Shown: positions 1 to 13,556, counted from the first letter of the stretch. The stretch is 64,000 nucleotides of DNA from Amphiscolops sp. MND2022 (GCA_964187785.1 OZ076409.1:25298001-25362000), one strand, 5' to 3'. Notes: a model not told the origin generated them from the sequence alone. Program-made: numbers and translations.

Positions 1-97
1 TTCTTTTGAAGAAGATTTCAAAACAGAGACAAATTGTTGGATATCTTGGCCAGCTTCCTGGCGTAACTTTCTGAAATTGTGCACCGAAAATGTTTTT
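1..97 (-). pseudogene. Ty3/Gypsy-type gag remnant, C-terminal continuation (joins 23163-23437)
   Basis: The minus strand reads KTFSVHNFRKLRQEAGQDIQQFVSVLKSSSKE. This continues in frame from ...LEKYFSERYSK at 23163 once the intervening 23 kb is removed, and matches the F..R.Q....I..FV..L pattern of invertebrate Gypsy gag. Confidence 0.65.
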
Positions 98-495
98 AAT
101 ATTTCTGCTTTAGCAGGAATATTATTGAAATCTGGAAGCGTCTGCTTTTTTTCAGAACAATTTTTTGGACGATCTGAATAATTCAGATATTTTGTTCCGC
201 AGTGAGTGTAAGCGAGAGATTTAAATTCAATTCTAGTGCGATGGAACGAGCGAGTGGTAATTATCCATTCGTATGCTGACGTCATTGAGATGAAGCGAGC
301 GAATGTTCGTAATTGTGCTTTCGTTGCCCCGAGTTATTGAGATGAAGCGAATGAGTGTTAATTATTCGTTCTCGGAGAGCTTCGCCTGCATTCAAATGCG
401 AATGCGAAACTCGTCTACGCTTAGTAGTTATATTATCTTTAGTCCGAGAAGAATTAAAGGCGGTGTAAACTTGTACAGTGATTACATGTAATTGT
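98..495 (+). mobile_element. Helentron/DINE-1-like non-autonomous element (HINE-like), copy 1, 5' part
   Basis: Starts in a T run with TATTTCTGCTTTAGCAGGAATA (subterminal IR plus adjacent partial IR). Highly similar to 26091-26600 and 59193-59759. Its 3' part resumes at 23034. Confidence 0.7.
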
Positions 496-528
496 TGTGA
501 TAAACTTATTAAATAGTTTCCGGTTGTG

Positions 529-1305
529 ATGACTAAAGCCTCTACTTCTTCATCCAAGTGTGGCAGTTGCAAGAGGAGTGTCAAAGATGGGGACAAATCT
601 GGCATCGCATGTGACAACTGCTCTCTTTGGTACCATGGAGCTTGTGCAAGCCTGTCTGAGGAGGATGTCAAGTTGATGGGACGAATCAAAGGATGTCTCT
701 GGCTCTGCGATTCCTGCCTCAATGATGACATCTTCAGCCCTGAAGCTAAGTACAATCATATTATTGATGCCAAAAATATGAAAAGTAGTATGAAATCAAT
801 TCAAAATTCTTTAACTGAAATCCAATCTGCCCTCAGACCAACCCCTGAACCTGTCAAAAAACATGTAAATGAAGAGAGTCTATCTCGTGAGATAATCATA
901 AATGGTCTTGTTGAGGATAAAGGAACTTTTAAGTCGTCTTTCGAAGCTGACAACTCCAAACTACAGGAAGTATTCAACCATATGGATGAAAAAACTCTCA
1001 AAATAGAATCTACCCGCAGGTTAGGTCAACCCAAAGCTGATATGTCAAAACCAAGGCCGCTCCTCATTCGTTTTGCCTCAGAATGGGATGCCAGGAAATG
1101 TCTTTCAAAATCCTACAGGCTGAAAAATTATCATGAACGAATATTCATATCACAATCTCTGAATAAAGAAGATCAGGCAACCAAACGGAAGCTTTTGCAG
1201 AAACGGTATGAAATGATCAATAGTGACGGGGTACCACGAGATGAAATCAAAGTGAAAGGTCTTAAGCTCTTCAGAAACGGAACTGAAGTTACCTTCCAAA
1301 AGTGA
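529..1305 (+). CDS. LINE ORF1p with N-terminal PHD finger
   Basis: CGSC...IACDNCSLWYHGAC...WLCDSC is a C4HC3 PHD finger. It is followed by a coiled segment and the IIINGL.E / RRLG / PRPLLIRF / IFISQSL motifs typical of CR1/L2 ORF1. ATG at 529. Confidence 0.88.
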   Translation: MTKASTSSSKCGSCKRSVKDGDKSGIACDNCSLWYHGACASLSEEDVKLMGRIKGCLWLCDSCLNDDIFSPEAKYNHIIDAKNMKSSMKSIQNSLTEIQSALRPTPEPVKKHVNEESLSREIIINGLVEDKGTFKSSFEADNSKLQEVFNHMDEKTLKIESTRRLGQPKADMSKPRPLLIRFASEWDARKCLSKSYRLKNYHERIFISQSLNKEDQATKRKLLQKRYEMINSDGVPRDEIKVKGLKLFRNGTEVTFQK

Positions 1306-1311
1306 CTGCAG

Positions 1312-4178
1312 ATGAAAATTTGCCTATTGAATGCACAAAGTGTTATCAGTCTCCAGCAACGATTGAAACTACTCAACTTCTTAAGTTTACACTCACCTGA
1401 TTTGGTTTTTGTCACTGAAACTTGGTTATACCCAGAAATCGAAGACTCTGAAGTTTGCCCATTGAAATGTAACTACTCAATCATTGCCAGACAAGATCGC
1501 TCTGGTGGCGAACACGGCGGTGTCCTCGTTGCTGCCAAAAAGGATTTCTGTTTCAACTACTCTGACCTAACTCAGAAAATTGGACGCAATATGAAAATTG
1601 GCCAAATCAATGATTTTGCCGTCGCGTTTTCCATTACAACCATCCAGGGTTCTCACTTGTTCCTTTTAATTTACAATCCACCATCGACATCTCCATATCG
1701 AATCGAAGCGAACCTTTTGGCTGATTGGATCTCCTCGTGTTATGCTAAATTTGAAATCAATTATCTCAGCTCTTTCTCCATTTTAGGAGACCTCAATCTG
1801 AATGATGTTTGCTGGGCAACTGTAACTGGCCAGAGCGACTATTCCAAAAGCTTCATAGTTCAATCTCAAGCGATGAATCTCAATCCTTTAGTTTTTGAGC
1901 CTACTCATAAGTCTGGTAGCACTCTGGATATAATTCTAACCTCACATTCCGAGCTATTCAATGTTTATGTTGACTCACATCTCTACTCTGATCATTACCC
2001 TGTTTTTGCTTTGCTAAACCTTCCTATCCCCTATTCAGAGGCAGCTACTAATACATCAATTATGTACTCTTCGTCATCTTTTTCTAGTACTCTGTTCAAC
2101 TCCCATTTATCCAATGGTTTCGACACATTACTGGCACTACCAAATTGCAGCTTCAGTGATGTTTCTATGGAAGAATATTTCTCATTGTGGCAACAAACAG
2201 TGTTGTATGCTCTAAATATGTCTTGCAAAATCAAAACTTCTCGCCGATCACAGTATCCGTACTTCTATTCCTCCCACTCAATTCACCTGATCAACAAACT
2301 TCGTACAGCTAAAAAATGTAACTACAGAAATGGTACCACTGAAAGGTTAAAACAAGAGATTAGTTTGTCAGTTGAATTAGACAAAACAGTCCTCCTTGAA
2401 AATCTATCTCCTGTCTCCACTCGTTCTTGCTTCAAGTTTTTACGCTCTTTCTCTTCGAATCGCTTGCCAAATCAAATGAACTGGAACACACTGAAAGCAA
2501 ACACCAGTAACGAAATTGCTAATCTGTTCAATAGTTATTTCAGCTCTGTCTTCCAGAAAAGTTTAGATATACCTTTGCAACCACCTGAACTACCTACAAT
2601 CCGTTTGGAAGATTTTACCATCAATCCCTCTGAAGTCGCAGATTTACTCTCGAAAACTAAAACTTGTTCATTGAGCTCAGACCCTATTCCTACTTTTTTG
2701 CTGAACTCATGCCCAGATATTTTGGCTCCGCTGGCCACTCAACTTTTTAATGTAGTAATAAAGGCAAGAAGTTGGCCAACTGATTGGAAATGCTCATATA
2801 TAACGCCGATATATAAGTCTGGAAACCCCGAAAGTGTGGAAAATTATCGGCCCATCAGCATTCTACCACAGCTCTCACTTATTCTCGAAAAATTGCTCTT
2901 CCGACACATATACCCGCAAGTGCGATTCTCAATCTGTGATGAACAACATGGTTTCACAAAGAATCGTTCTCCTATTACCCAGCTCTTACCCTATCTAGAC
3001 GATTTGTATAACCAAAAAGATATTAACGCTTCTAGTTATGCTATCTACTTCGACTTCCGGAAGGCCTTCGATTTAGTTCCACATCATATTCTTCTGGAAA
3101 AACTGGCAAATTTTAGCTTTGATGAAGATTTTTTGACCTTATTCAAGTCTTACTTATACTCAAGGTCACAACGAGTATCAATAAATGGCTCCCTCTCCCA
3201 GATGGTGGACATTAATAGCGGTGTACCTCAAGGCAGTGTCATCGGACCTCTTTTCTTCATTATTTTTATGAATGATCTTCCTGACAAAATTGTCAATTCC
3301 TCATGCTATTTGTTTGCAGATGATAGTAAATTACTGTCTCTTCTGACCAAACCTGATTTACAAAAGGATATTGATCAGTTTACTGAATGGGCTTACAGGA
3401 ACAAAATGGAATATAACATTGACAAGTGCAAGTCAATCACTTTCGAGGAAAAATTAGCGTCGTCGGATCCTCTGTTTCTGAACGGTAATATTGTTCCCAC
3501 CGTTGACTCAATTAAAGACCTTGGAATCACCATTTCAAACAATATTACTGGGACAACCATATTCAAAAGAAATTGGTGGCTGCTAGAAAAGCTTATCATT
3601 TCTTGAAGCGCTCAATTCCTCATAGTGTTAGTTCTTCCACGAAGCTTATGTACTACAGGTTGTGTGTTCAGAGTATTATACTATACGGATCCCAAATATG
3701 GTACCCCTCCATTAATTACCGACGGAAGTTGGAACTATTCAATAAAGAATGTCTTTTTTGGGTAACTGGTTTACAAAATTATTCACAGCAGCTGGCAGCG
3801 TCCAATACCCTACCTCTATCATTCTATTTGGTCCTAAATGACATGGTCTTCCTCAACAAGGCCATAAATAACAAATATGACCTAAATCTCAGCACCTTTA
3901 TTTGTTTCAGCAAACGTTGCAAGGATCTCAGAAGTTCCAAATACCAACAACTCCTGCCAGTCAAAAGATGTCGCAAATTCTCCACGAGAGACTCCTTCTT
4001 CCAAAGAGTCTGTGACTACTCCAACTTCCTCGCCACAAAAGAGATTGACGTTTTTGACCCAACTGAAAAATTTAAACGTGAACTCATGGCATACCTACGC
4101 AATCAAGTCCCAATGTTCAATTTAGACCGAAGCTGCTCCTGGTTTATAAAATGTCTCTGTAGCATCTGCCGCTCTTAG
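1312..4178 (+). pseudogene. LINE ORF2p (apurinic endonuclease + reverse transcriptase), single frameshift near 3548
   Basis: APE motifs LNAQS, VTETWL, GDLN, TLD, SDH. RT motifs NYRPIS, YFDFRKAFD, GVPQGSVIGP, LFADD, DLGI. After a 1-nt loss near 3548 the frame continues as WDNHIQKKLVAARKAY... to CLCSICRS* at 4178. Confidence 0.9.
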
Positions 4179-4256
4179 ATTTGATCAACTCAGTTTGTAA
4201 AGCCTACATTACAACTGCTTGAATGTTCCTTTATATAAAAAGGGAATTAAGTCTTC

Positions 4257-4342
<86 letters not shown>

Positions 4343-4358
4343 GTAGTAGTAGTAGTAG
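4257..4358 (+). repeat. (TAG)n microsatellite, 34 units (one TAT variant)
   Basis: Read directly. Confidence 0.97.
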
Positions 4359-5770
4359 CTGTAGTCTCGGTCCGAAAAAGGCGGAGTGACTACCCTTTTT
4401 CAGACCATGGCCAACAAACGCTTAGGACCTAGATCAGATTACCGTTTTCAGACCAGCTCTGTAAAAACCCTTTTTCAGACTTCTGCAATTTCTGAAAAAG
4501 GAGTCACTAGGAGTTTGAAAAAGGTGATTTAACCCTTTTCAGACTAACTAGGCCAAATATTGGAGACGGAATCTTACACCAATTCGCATCATCTTTATTT
4601 TCATCAGTATAGCTTTCATGTTTTGCAACGATAAGGGTTCGAATACTTGGTACAGTTTTATTGAATAGACGTACACTTGAATAACATTAAATGTTTGTTT
4701 TAGGCACTTTTGAGGAGGTGGAAAATTCAAGAATGCAGAATTCAAGGATGCAGAATTGACACCAGAGACTTTATGAATTTTGTTCATGAATTTCACAGAA
4801 AGTTTTATTGATTACCAAGTTCTTGAACCTTCCTGGGAGCTAATGATTTCTTTCTATAGATTTCTTGCTACTCTACATTGATATCGCCACTGTGTCAAAA
4901 AGAAAAAAAACTCTCAAAAGATTTGATTCAATAACTATTCAAACAGTTTCGAGAACTCTCAAAACAGTTTCGATTCAGTAATTCGAAGATTGGAGGAAGA
5001 AATAAAAGTACACAACATTAAAAACAAGTCACTCATCTGCCAACGTGCACTGATCAAAACAATCGTCAAACAATGTTATCACCAAAACAAGTAAACTATA
5101 AACATGTAAAACTTGTGAACTAATTACGGATCAATGAGGCCAAATGAATACAAAAAACATCATCGTCATTCAATAAACAAAAAAGAGAAGCCAATGACAG
5201 GAAATTTAATTGAAGAAAATCATAAACATTCTTACCAAATCTAATAATTGTAGCCCGAAAAACATGTGCTCTGAAGCATGTACGAGATTGTTTTTCACGA
5301 AACGACATCACAGGATCCGTCAAAAGAAAAACTTGTAGAGGAATTTTAATAACTGTAAGGAAAACACAGAATCGTTCAATACCCCAAAACATGACTTCCA
5401 AAACATGTACAGGAAATCAAATGACTTAAAATTCAAAGCATCAACTCGATGAGCAAGCCAAACCCAACCCCCTAATTTTTGGTTCCAGCCATGTATGAGA
5501 TGAAGATTTTGATTGTCAGCGGAGTTAAAATTCCAAAACGTGAAATCAATGACCCAAAATCAAAACATATTCTTTTGTAAATCCACTTTGAACTCGAATA
5601 GAGGTTTGTCATTGTCAATTTAAAGGCGTTTCAGTCATGTTGAATAAACACTTAGAAGATGGTTAAGAACCACAAATTAGGTCATGAGGGGTATATTTAT
5701 CATCATCATCAAAATATCATTTGATGAGTTCCATTCATACAAAGGGTGGTAGCTCGAAACGTCAAAGTAA

Positions 5771-8700
5771 TCAGAACATTTTATATCCACAATCCTTCCA
5801 TTCATACAGAACTTTCATTAAAAACTGTACTGTGGAGTATTTCAGGTTTTGTACTTTTTTTACGTCTTTGGTTAGTTCCACGAAGGTGCGTTTTTCTTTT
5901 CCTGTTTCTCGTCGGACAAACTCCGAAGCAACAATGGAGTATACCGCTGTGCTGTATTCATGTCGTTGAGGACGTGACCTTAAGAATTGCTCTACTAAGG
6001 TTTCGGAAGGGACACCGTCTTCAAATTTCTTCTCACTGCCGAAAGGAAGACAGACTTTAGATTTCGACTTCTGTTTGATGACGCGCCTCTTCTTGGAAGC
6101 AGGGTCCTCATTGTAACTTTCATCTGACTCGTCATCATCGACATCGTCATCATCAGCACATTCATCATCCTCGCTGACATCAGATTCATCTCTCATCTCT
6201 TGGTCCTTGCTGGCTGAATCGGCTTCGAAAATTTCATTCAAAGAATTTTTAATTGTAACTGCAAACTCTATATCGAGATCATTTTGTTTAATTGTAATGA
6301 CCCTGTCAACTGCATTAGAGGTGGTGCAAGCATCGTACTCCTTCTGTATCATTTCGTAGTGAGTTCTCGCTACGTTGCGAGAATGGCCAATGTGTCGATC
6401 GAGAGATCGTTCCATCTGGACATCTTCTAAGTTTTCAGCGAAAATAGTACAGAACGTTTTCCTCCAACGATTGGTGTTAATTGGTACAGGTAGTTTTAAA
6501 TGGCATTCGAGGTAACGATTCCACTTTCCCATTACATTTCTCCGAATGGGTTCGCCTTCTTTTTGATCTAACTGTAAAAACAACAGGCTCTGCTCAGCAA
6601 CACGCAAAGTGCACTTTATCCTCAAATATCGAATAAAGCAGAATAATTCTTTCTCTGATAGAGCCACACGGCGAACTCCTTCGCTTTTAAAGTTCTTGTT
6701 TGTGTTTCTGAAATCGTTTGTGACTTCATCGATGATGCTCCGGATTCCAGTCTTCTTTATGGCATTCAGTTTCTTTAACTGATGTTCATCAATAAGTTTA
6801 AATACAAATAAGTTACCTTTGACATGACGGATATTTTGCAGATATTCTTTGCGGATGTATAGCGCAGTAGAAATTCGGCACACGTTGCGGCACACAAGAA
6901 TAAAAATGAGGCAACATTGAAGATGCTTATACTGCCTTTCTTTATTCGTGTAGGTTTCGTTTTCAAACGCATCCAAAAGTTCATATAGATATTCGGTCAC
7001 TTTTTGGTAAACTTCGAGAACAGTTTCCTTAGAAGCCACTTGTCTCGATCCGACTTCCTTTGCTGTGGCCTTTCTGAAAGGCAATTCGGCACTGACCGAA
7101 GACTGGTATCGATTAAGTGATCTCTCGACTTGATCACATTTTAGGGCGAAAGTTTTGGAATGGGGATCGGAGGCTAAACGACAGAATTCGACGAAATCTT
7201 TTAATTCCCGACAAATCTGGCTTTTCGTCTGTCCTGCCTTTACATTCTGTTCTACTTTAAGTTTTGCAAAGTAGACGCTGACACTCTGAGCACTTGAAAA
7301 ACCTTCTGTGACAACAACAAAAAGTTTGATTTTTTTGAGCAAGTTTGATATTCGTTCATCGGCGTATCTTCGAGCTCCTTTTCCGTTGTCAAAATCAGCA
7401 TGTTTCTCTTCGCGCCATTGATTGATGATTCTCAAAAAATCAAGTTCCGCCGAAAATGATCTAACTTGCAATTCCAATTTCGAACGCTCTGTATTGTCCG
7501 GCTCTCCGAAGAAGAGGACACTTTCGGGTAAATCTTTCACTTTGGAGATAGGTTTAATGTAAGTCTTATGTCCCGAGATTGAATGTTTGTCGCGCCTATG
7601 GAACACAGCAAGACATCCTTCTTTACTACAGATGTACATGCATTTCCTCGTACCTCGGTTCTTCGCTTCAAAATAATGCATTTTGACTACAGCATTTAGG
7701 GCGGCTTTGCTTGAGTAGTTATGAATTCTTTTGAGATGCTTTGGAAGACACATGTGCGTTTTTAGTTCTGTCTTACAAAAATGGCAGCGCACAGAGTAAG
7801 GGGCTTTGCGAACGGTTGATGCTTCTCTATTCTTGTGCTCGTCAAGTTCGTTTCTATCTGAAGAGTCTTTTCGTGCCAGGTTCCTTACGACAGCTTTTAC
7901 AACGTTGTCATCAAAGCCCACACTTTGATAATTGCCCCGGTTGTCCCCTGTTTCTAATCTGGGTTGCTCTGAATGGATATCCTTCAAATGTCGCCGGATA
8001 TGTGTTTTCTCGCTGTCGAGAAAAATTGTTCTGCATCTGAAAAGAACAGATCGTTTTAAAAGGTGAAACTTCTAACCTTGACAAACCTAATGACTTCTTG
8101 CAGGAAATTACAAACTCACATTCATTTTTAGTTTTTCCACGATTATGTTATTTGTTTTTCAATGAGAGCATTTCTTGGTAAGATTTCAGAAACAAGTTAT
8201 AATTAATGGATATATATTTCAAATGCATATAATAATATTATATTACAGTCGAATCCGCCTAATTCGTATCGCTAGGGACCGAATAAAATACTACGAATAA
8301 CGAAAAATACGAATTAACACGATGATATTACTTTGGTCGTACGAATTAAACGAAGATCCGAATTATCCGGATACGAATTAACCGGAGTTGACTGTATTAT
8401 TCTTATACGTATAACATACATTTATATATATACTGAAAAAGTTTCCCGAATGATACTTTTGTAACACAGAATTTCATTGCAGTTTGTTCTATTATTGTCA
8501 CCTTCTTCTGACTTTCAACAAAAAACGCTTTTTTAAAAAAAACTCGATGATCTAATTGTTAATATAGGTTTTTTTCAGAAGTCAGAAAAAGGTGATAAAC
8601 ATGTAGCTAACATCATTGTTATATCATAAGTATCACATGAAAGAGTTTCGCATGAAGGTATCATAATCGAGGCGATCTTGAAAAAACACAGTTTGAAAAA

Positions 8701-10031
8701 GGGGATAAACTCAATTGAAAAAATTCGAGGAAGGTTTTTTACCTGAGACAAATGGTGGCATTTATGTCTCTTACATCAAGAAATTGGAATCGTTTGGTAC
8801 ACTGCTGACGGAGGTAATGTTTGACAACATCAACTTCCTGTTGCAAATTTTCCCCGCAGTAGTGACAGGTGCAGCAGTACTCTTCAGATACGGATTCAGT
8901 TGTAACTTCACTTGTCGGCTTCTCTTCTTCCTGTGTTATGTTAACTGACAGCAAAACGTCTCTCTTTTCATTTTCTGAATTCTCCACTTGAAATTCGACG
9001 GTCAAACTGCTGGACACTCCTGTCATTTCCTGCAGATCACACTGCACTTTTTTACAACTCGTTTCTAGAACAAACGTCTGCACAGAGACATCTCTTTGAG
9101 TAGAAGCTGCGTTCTCGAATTTAAGTTGAGAACCAAGTTTGAACGATGTTGGTAAAGATTCACCAACTTGAACACACTTCGAATTTGCATCGATGGCCCG
9201 CACTTGAGTCATCACTTCCTTTTTGTTGAGACCCACAGACGAAACGTGTTTGACATTTCCCCCGAGATGAACTCCCCAGTAGAACACGTCAAGGTCGCAG
9301 TTTACACCTGGACATTATTTGCATTAACAGAATATTTTGAATTAAATTGTTCAAAGTTTTTTGAAAACTGGAATAACAGTTGGGTTTATTGTTTTTTGAA
9401 ACAATTTAGAGACCACAATTCTCTATCATAAATTTGTCAATTTGGTACAACGAGAACAGTGAATTCAAGATGTCCGATTCATTAGATTAGTTACGAAATC
9501 CTATTTGATTATTCGGAATAATTTTGTAATGCAAATTCCAGTACCTTGATCGACACCTCCACGGATTTTTATTGGCGTCACTGACGCTTGTGTTGAGCGC
9601 CATGGGAACGATTCTGCATTACCTCTCCCACACAAGTAGTCGTACCTAATTTCATCTCCGACGGTAATCTTTTGCTTCGCCTTCAGGCCGATGTAGGAGT
9701 TTGAATTGATAACAATTTCATATGGGCGAGCGTTGGGTTTGCAGAAGTCATCATTAATGAATCTAGCGAGCCCAGATTCAACATTTCCGGCATCAATGTA
9801 TTCATTTTTATGTGGGATATCAAAAATATACCCATTATCCTTCTCAGGGGTACCTTTTCGTCGTTCTCCTCTGTATATTAGGAGAAAGTCTCCTATGTCG
9901 TAGTCCTTTGTTGCAAACAGACCGTATCCAACGTTGTCATCAATAAACTTGACATTGAAGCAGTTGTCAGGGTCTTTCTCAAGATAATCTTCAGCTCGAA
10001 CAGATTTTCTGGGTAAGCTTCTGCGAGACAT
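5771..10031 (-). CDS. SET(PR-Set7/KMT5A-like)-zinc finger-tyrosine recombinase fusion, 3 exons (10031-9545, 9307-8743, 8036-5771), ~1105 aa
   Basis: GT-AG introns of phase 1 and 2 join three ORFs into one stop-free 3318-nt frame; the second junction rebuilds a C2H2 finger (CLR|CRTIFLDSEKTHIRRHLKDIH). SET: GYGLFATKDY..GDF..Y.G, YIDA, LARFIND, GDEIRYDY...FPW. YR: RNVCRIST (R), NKNFK (K), NTNRWRK (H/NxxR), HIGHSRNVARTHY (H...Y). Confidence 0.82.
8246..8394. mobile_element. Tc1/mariner-type MITE in intron 2 of element A
   Basis: TA|CAGTC.A.TCC...GGAGTTGACTG|TA with TA target duplication. A second copy lies inverted at 52677-52850. Confidence 0.85.
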
Positions 10032-10967
10032 TTCTTTGAACAAAATGAGATTTAAGAACACTCAGATCTGAAAAAGGTATACAGATTAAGAACTGTTCCT
10101 AAATCAATTTGAAAAATGTTTCCAAAGTATTGAAATTGAACTTCTACTTGTCCTCTTTTCTTAAATACAATGGCACCAAGAGAAACATGTGGTTAGAACA
10201 TCAAAACTCCCCAGGACATCTAAGGAAAAACGTCAATAATAATGTGTCAGGTTTATCTTATTGTTTTTTGTTCTGGGGTTGGCCACTGCCCCGTGTCCAC
10301 TTTGAACCACCGACCCCAACTCTCATAAATAGTAAAGGTTCTGGTGACACATGAGTCTCTTCATTAGATAACGAAAAAAACGTTTCCGATTGTTTCGTGG
10401 TTCTGTAGTGATGTGAGAAAAACTAGAAGAAATGTGAGAAATGAAAGACTAGAAGTTATTCGAATTTTTGAGAAATGATTTTTCCATCGAAACTTTTTCC
10501 AAGAAAAGGTGTTTGAAGGACTCGATTACACCAAAATGGGAATGATGCAGTAATTCGAGTGAAAACAGAATTTTTATCATTTTGCGTTGTTCGAAAAGGG
10601 TTTCTTGTAGCTTGGAAACGTGGAATAAAGCCAGTAACCGTGGATGAACTAGATGTTTTCTTTACTGACAAAAACTTTGATCTCCTATACCGTTTCAATT
10701 TGATTATATAATTTTTACATCTTGGCTGTCAATGAGTGGTTTTGTATCGGCAAATCTGCTTTCATTTTTTCGGTAGGGTGACTTCAAATCATTTGAGCTT
10801 CGTCTGAGCGAAGAGTGAGAAGGTGAAAAGGGAATTTCACAGTTTTGTCATGGGTTTTTCTTCAATTCTTCGTCTCTCGTTTCATCTTTTTTTTTCAATT
10901 TTTCTTCACAATTGCTCGATATGACAAACTGAGGAGCTTATAAGAATTCCGAACGTTCATCACTTTC

Positions 10968-11075
10968 AGAAACAGTTACCACATCCAATGAAGGCAGCAG
11001 GCTCGGAATTACCCTCTTCTAGCGCGGAGAGGTAGTGACTAGTAATAACAGGATGAGCCCTTCGGGGCGAACCTT
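10968..11075 (+). other. Short diverged 18S rRNA-like fragment inside element A (not a functional rRNA gene)
   Basis: AGAAACAGTTACCACATCCAATGAAGGCAGCAGGCTCGGAATTACCC...GAGGTAGTGAC..TAATAAC matches the conserved eukaryotic SSU stretch GAAACGGCTACCACATCCAAGGAAGGCAGCAGGCGCGCAAATTACCC...GAGGTAGTGAC...AATAAC. Confidence 0.8.
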
Positions 11076-12097
11076 GGACTGGTGAGAAGGTAACCTCACT
11101 AAAGCATACGCTTGCTCAGGCTGTTGTTACTGTGTCGGCTGGCACCAGACTTGCCCTGAGCTAGAAAGTGAAAACGTCTAATAATTTTTTTCAACGATCC
11201 ACTTTCGTTGACTTTCCAAAATGTCTTCTTTCCCTCGTGTTTGTGGGAACTCTGCGAATCAAATGTCTCTACCCTTGTTGTTGACAAATTTTTCCAACAG
11301 ACGTAACATTGTATAGTGTTGATAGTGAGGATGTGCTTCGTTACAGGACTTTTCAGTTGTGTGTATAACGAAAAACACAGTACCACAAGCGTTTAAATTT
11401 GGAAAATTGTGGCAATGAAGCGATAAATTAGTGTCTCTAGTCATATATTTTCTATTTCTCCAAGTCACGAAGCGTAACTAAACCCTGTGGAGCCGCTTTA
11501 CAGGAATCCTGTAAAAAAAATTTTTTCACTCTTCTCGAAAAGTTCGGAAACACCTGTTTCCAACTAGAGATGTTGGAAGAGATTATCCCATTTTTACACG
11601 TGGTCACATATATCAATGATTTTTGGTGGATAGACCCTCTACCCAAAGGGATCTTCAGAGGCGAAAAGCTGTGCTCAGAAACTCATTCTGGGAGGAGAAC
11701 AGAATGACTCGTTCTTGGGCCTTCTGGCCATGTTTTTCGTCCCTAATCGTAAGATTCTCTTGTACACCAATGTGATCTCTGAGCACCTGCTTTTTAGTAT
11801 GAAGGTTTAGTTCTGGTCCTGATGTTTTGATTAAGAATGAAAGAAAGGTCGGAAATGTTCATTTTATTTAATTGTGTGTTCAATGACAGAAGCCTCCAAC
11901 GAAGGTTCTTCTCCATTGATTAAAACCTGTAGCATTTTCTTCGAAGAAGAAAATGTTTGACAAAACCCATCATAACAACTGCCACTGAACAACGTTCACT
12001 GAGAAACAGCTCAGAAGTAATGATATTTCACTTGGAAAAAGTGCGAATGATTTTGGGTAATTTCCGCAACTATCTACCTTTTTCAGAGTCTGGCTAC

Positions 12098-12206
<109 letters not shown>

Positions 12207-13474
12207 TAGATATGGAGGACAATTTAAACCCCTTGCGGTAGTAAATCTGAGGACAAGTTGAATGGCACAGGGGTTTAAAATGGCATCTTAAAATGGACAT
12301 GCCAATTAAATAACACTGGTTGCCATTAGGCAAGCAAAAATAGTCTAGAACGTCTAATAAGGCCAAAAAACAAAAAAAATCAACTAGTTGAAGTTGTTAT
12401 TTCTTGCGATGAAAAAAGTATTAGAAAATTTTTTTGGGGGACAATTTGAACATAAGTAGGACAGAATAATGACAAGCATTTCAAGTTGGCATGATGATTA
12501 ATCTCAGTAGTAAGAGCTTGGTGGGAGGCAGATTCTCCAACATAAAGTTCAAGTTGCAGCTATTTTTGACATTGACGTGAACTTTCACGACCAGTTTAAA
12601 TCATATTGTGTGGGGGCATTTTGTGAAACTGCGATTAAGAACCAAACTTTACAAATGACCAGGATGATGTCTCAGTTAAAAATAAAAAAAAAGATGTCGG
12701 GCGTAGATGAAAGTTGGGATTAAAAATAGCAACAAACACTTTTGCCCAGAATTTTGTAATTTTAAAGAGGCTCTCAGTTAGGGGAACACATAGTGTCACC
12801 CATAACAAGACCCACGTCGGGAACGTGGCCTCTGACGGGTCTCATCGAAACAAGCAACATAATTATTGAAATTATTAGTAAAACATTATTACACCAACAG
12901 TTTCAAAAACAATTATTGTTTCTTTTTTCATGATTTCATTGTAAAAAACCAAGTTCAGGGGTCTTTTGTCGTGCGAAGAAGAAATCAGCTAATTGAGGTG
13001 TGAAAGTGAAGTTGCATCTGATTGGTTCTGGCTACGCCAATCAATTTGTTTGATAGTTTTTAAATACCCTGTATACAGTCAATTTATACAGTCAATTCAA
13101 AATTATTATAATAAATTTGAAAAACCCTGTTTACAGTCAATATTTCTACCGTTGAAAAGGAAAACAAAAATGCAGAATTTATTGCAGGATCTAAAAATTG
13201 AAAATATAAGGGTATTGGGGATAACAATAACTTTAGGGGATATTACAAATATAAAGAAACAAAAAAATAATTTCAATACGTTTTTGTATTTGAAGATATA
13301 AGTTTATTGGGGATATCAGTAAATTTAGGGGATTTTACGTTTATAATGTATTCCATTAGGAATTCCATTCGTATTGTACCGAATTTGATGAATTATTTCA
13401 AGTAAAATTATATCTAAGAAGTATATCTAAGAATTACATGTAAGAATTATATCTAAGTAAAAATGGAAAAACAA

Positions 13475-13556
13475 GAGAGTTGATGGGATTCGAACACACT
13501 CTTAACCAATCGGAATCACATTCATCATCTCGAAGTAACCACTAAGCTATCCAGCG
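13475..13556 (-). other. tRNA-like (Pol III A/B box) sequence, probably a SINE head or decayed tRNA
   Basis: Minus strand GGATAGCTTAGTGGTT (A box) ... GTTCGAATCCC (B box). A complete cloverleaf is not evident. Confidence 0.5.

Larger units (their letters stand above)
496..4358 (+). mobile_element. CR1-group non-LTR retrotransposon (LINE), near full length, with (TAG)n 3' tail continuing to 23033
   Basis: ORF1 with PHD finger, ORF2 with APE+RT, short 3' UTR, then (TAG)n. Candidate TSD GTAATTGT at 488-495 and 23033-23040. Confidence 0.9.

Noticed and set aside
10968..11075. Functional rRNA gene, or a hammerhead ribozyme core (GGATGA-GCCC-TTCG-GGGC-GAAC)
   Set aside because: Only ~100 bp of SSU-like sequence. 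The hammerhead CUGA and GAAA core bases and the flanking stems are not satisfied.
11099..11900. Possible second Cys/His-rich gene in element A (minus-strand ORF pieces)
   Set aside because: Short broken frames with no recognisable domain or consistent splice model. Comparison with other copies is needed.
12795..12855. Hammerhead-like CTGACGG...GAAAC near a small hairpin in element B
   Set aside because: A conserved core A is missing and stems II and III could not be formed convincingly.
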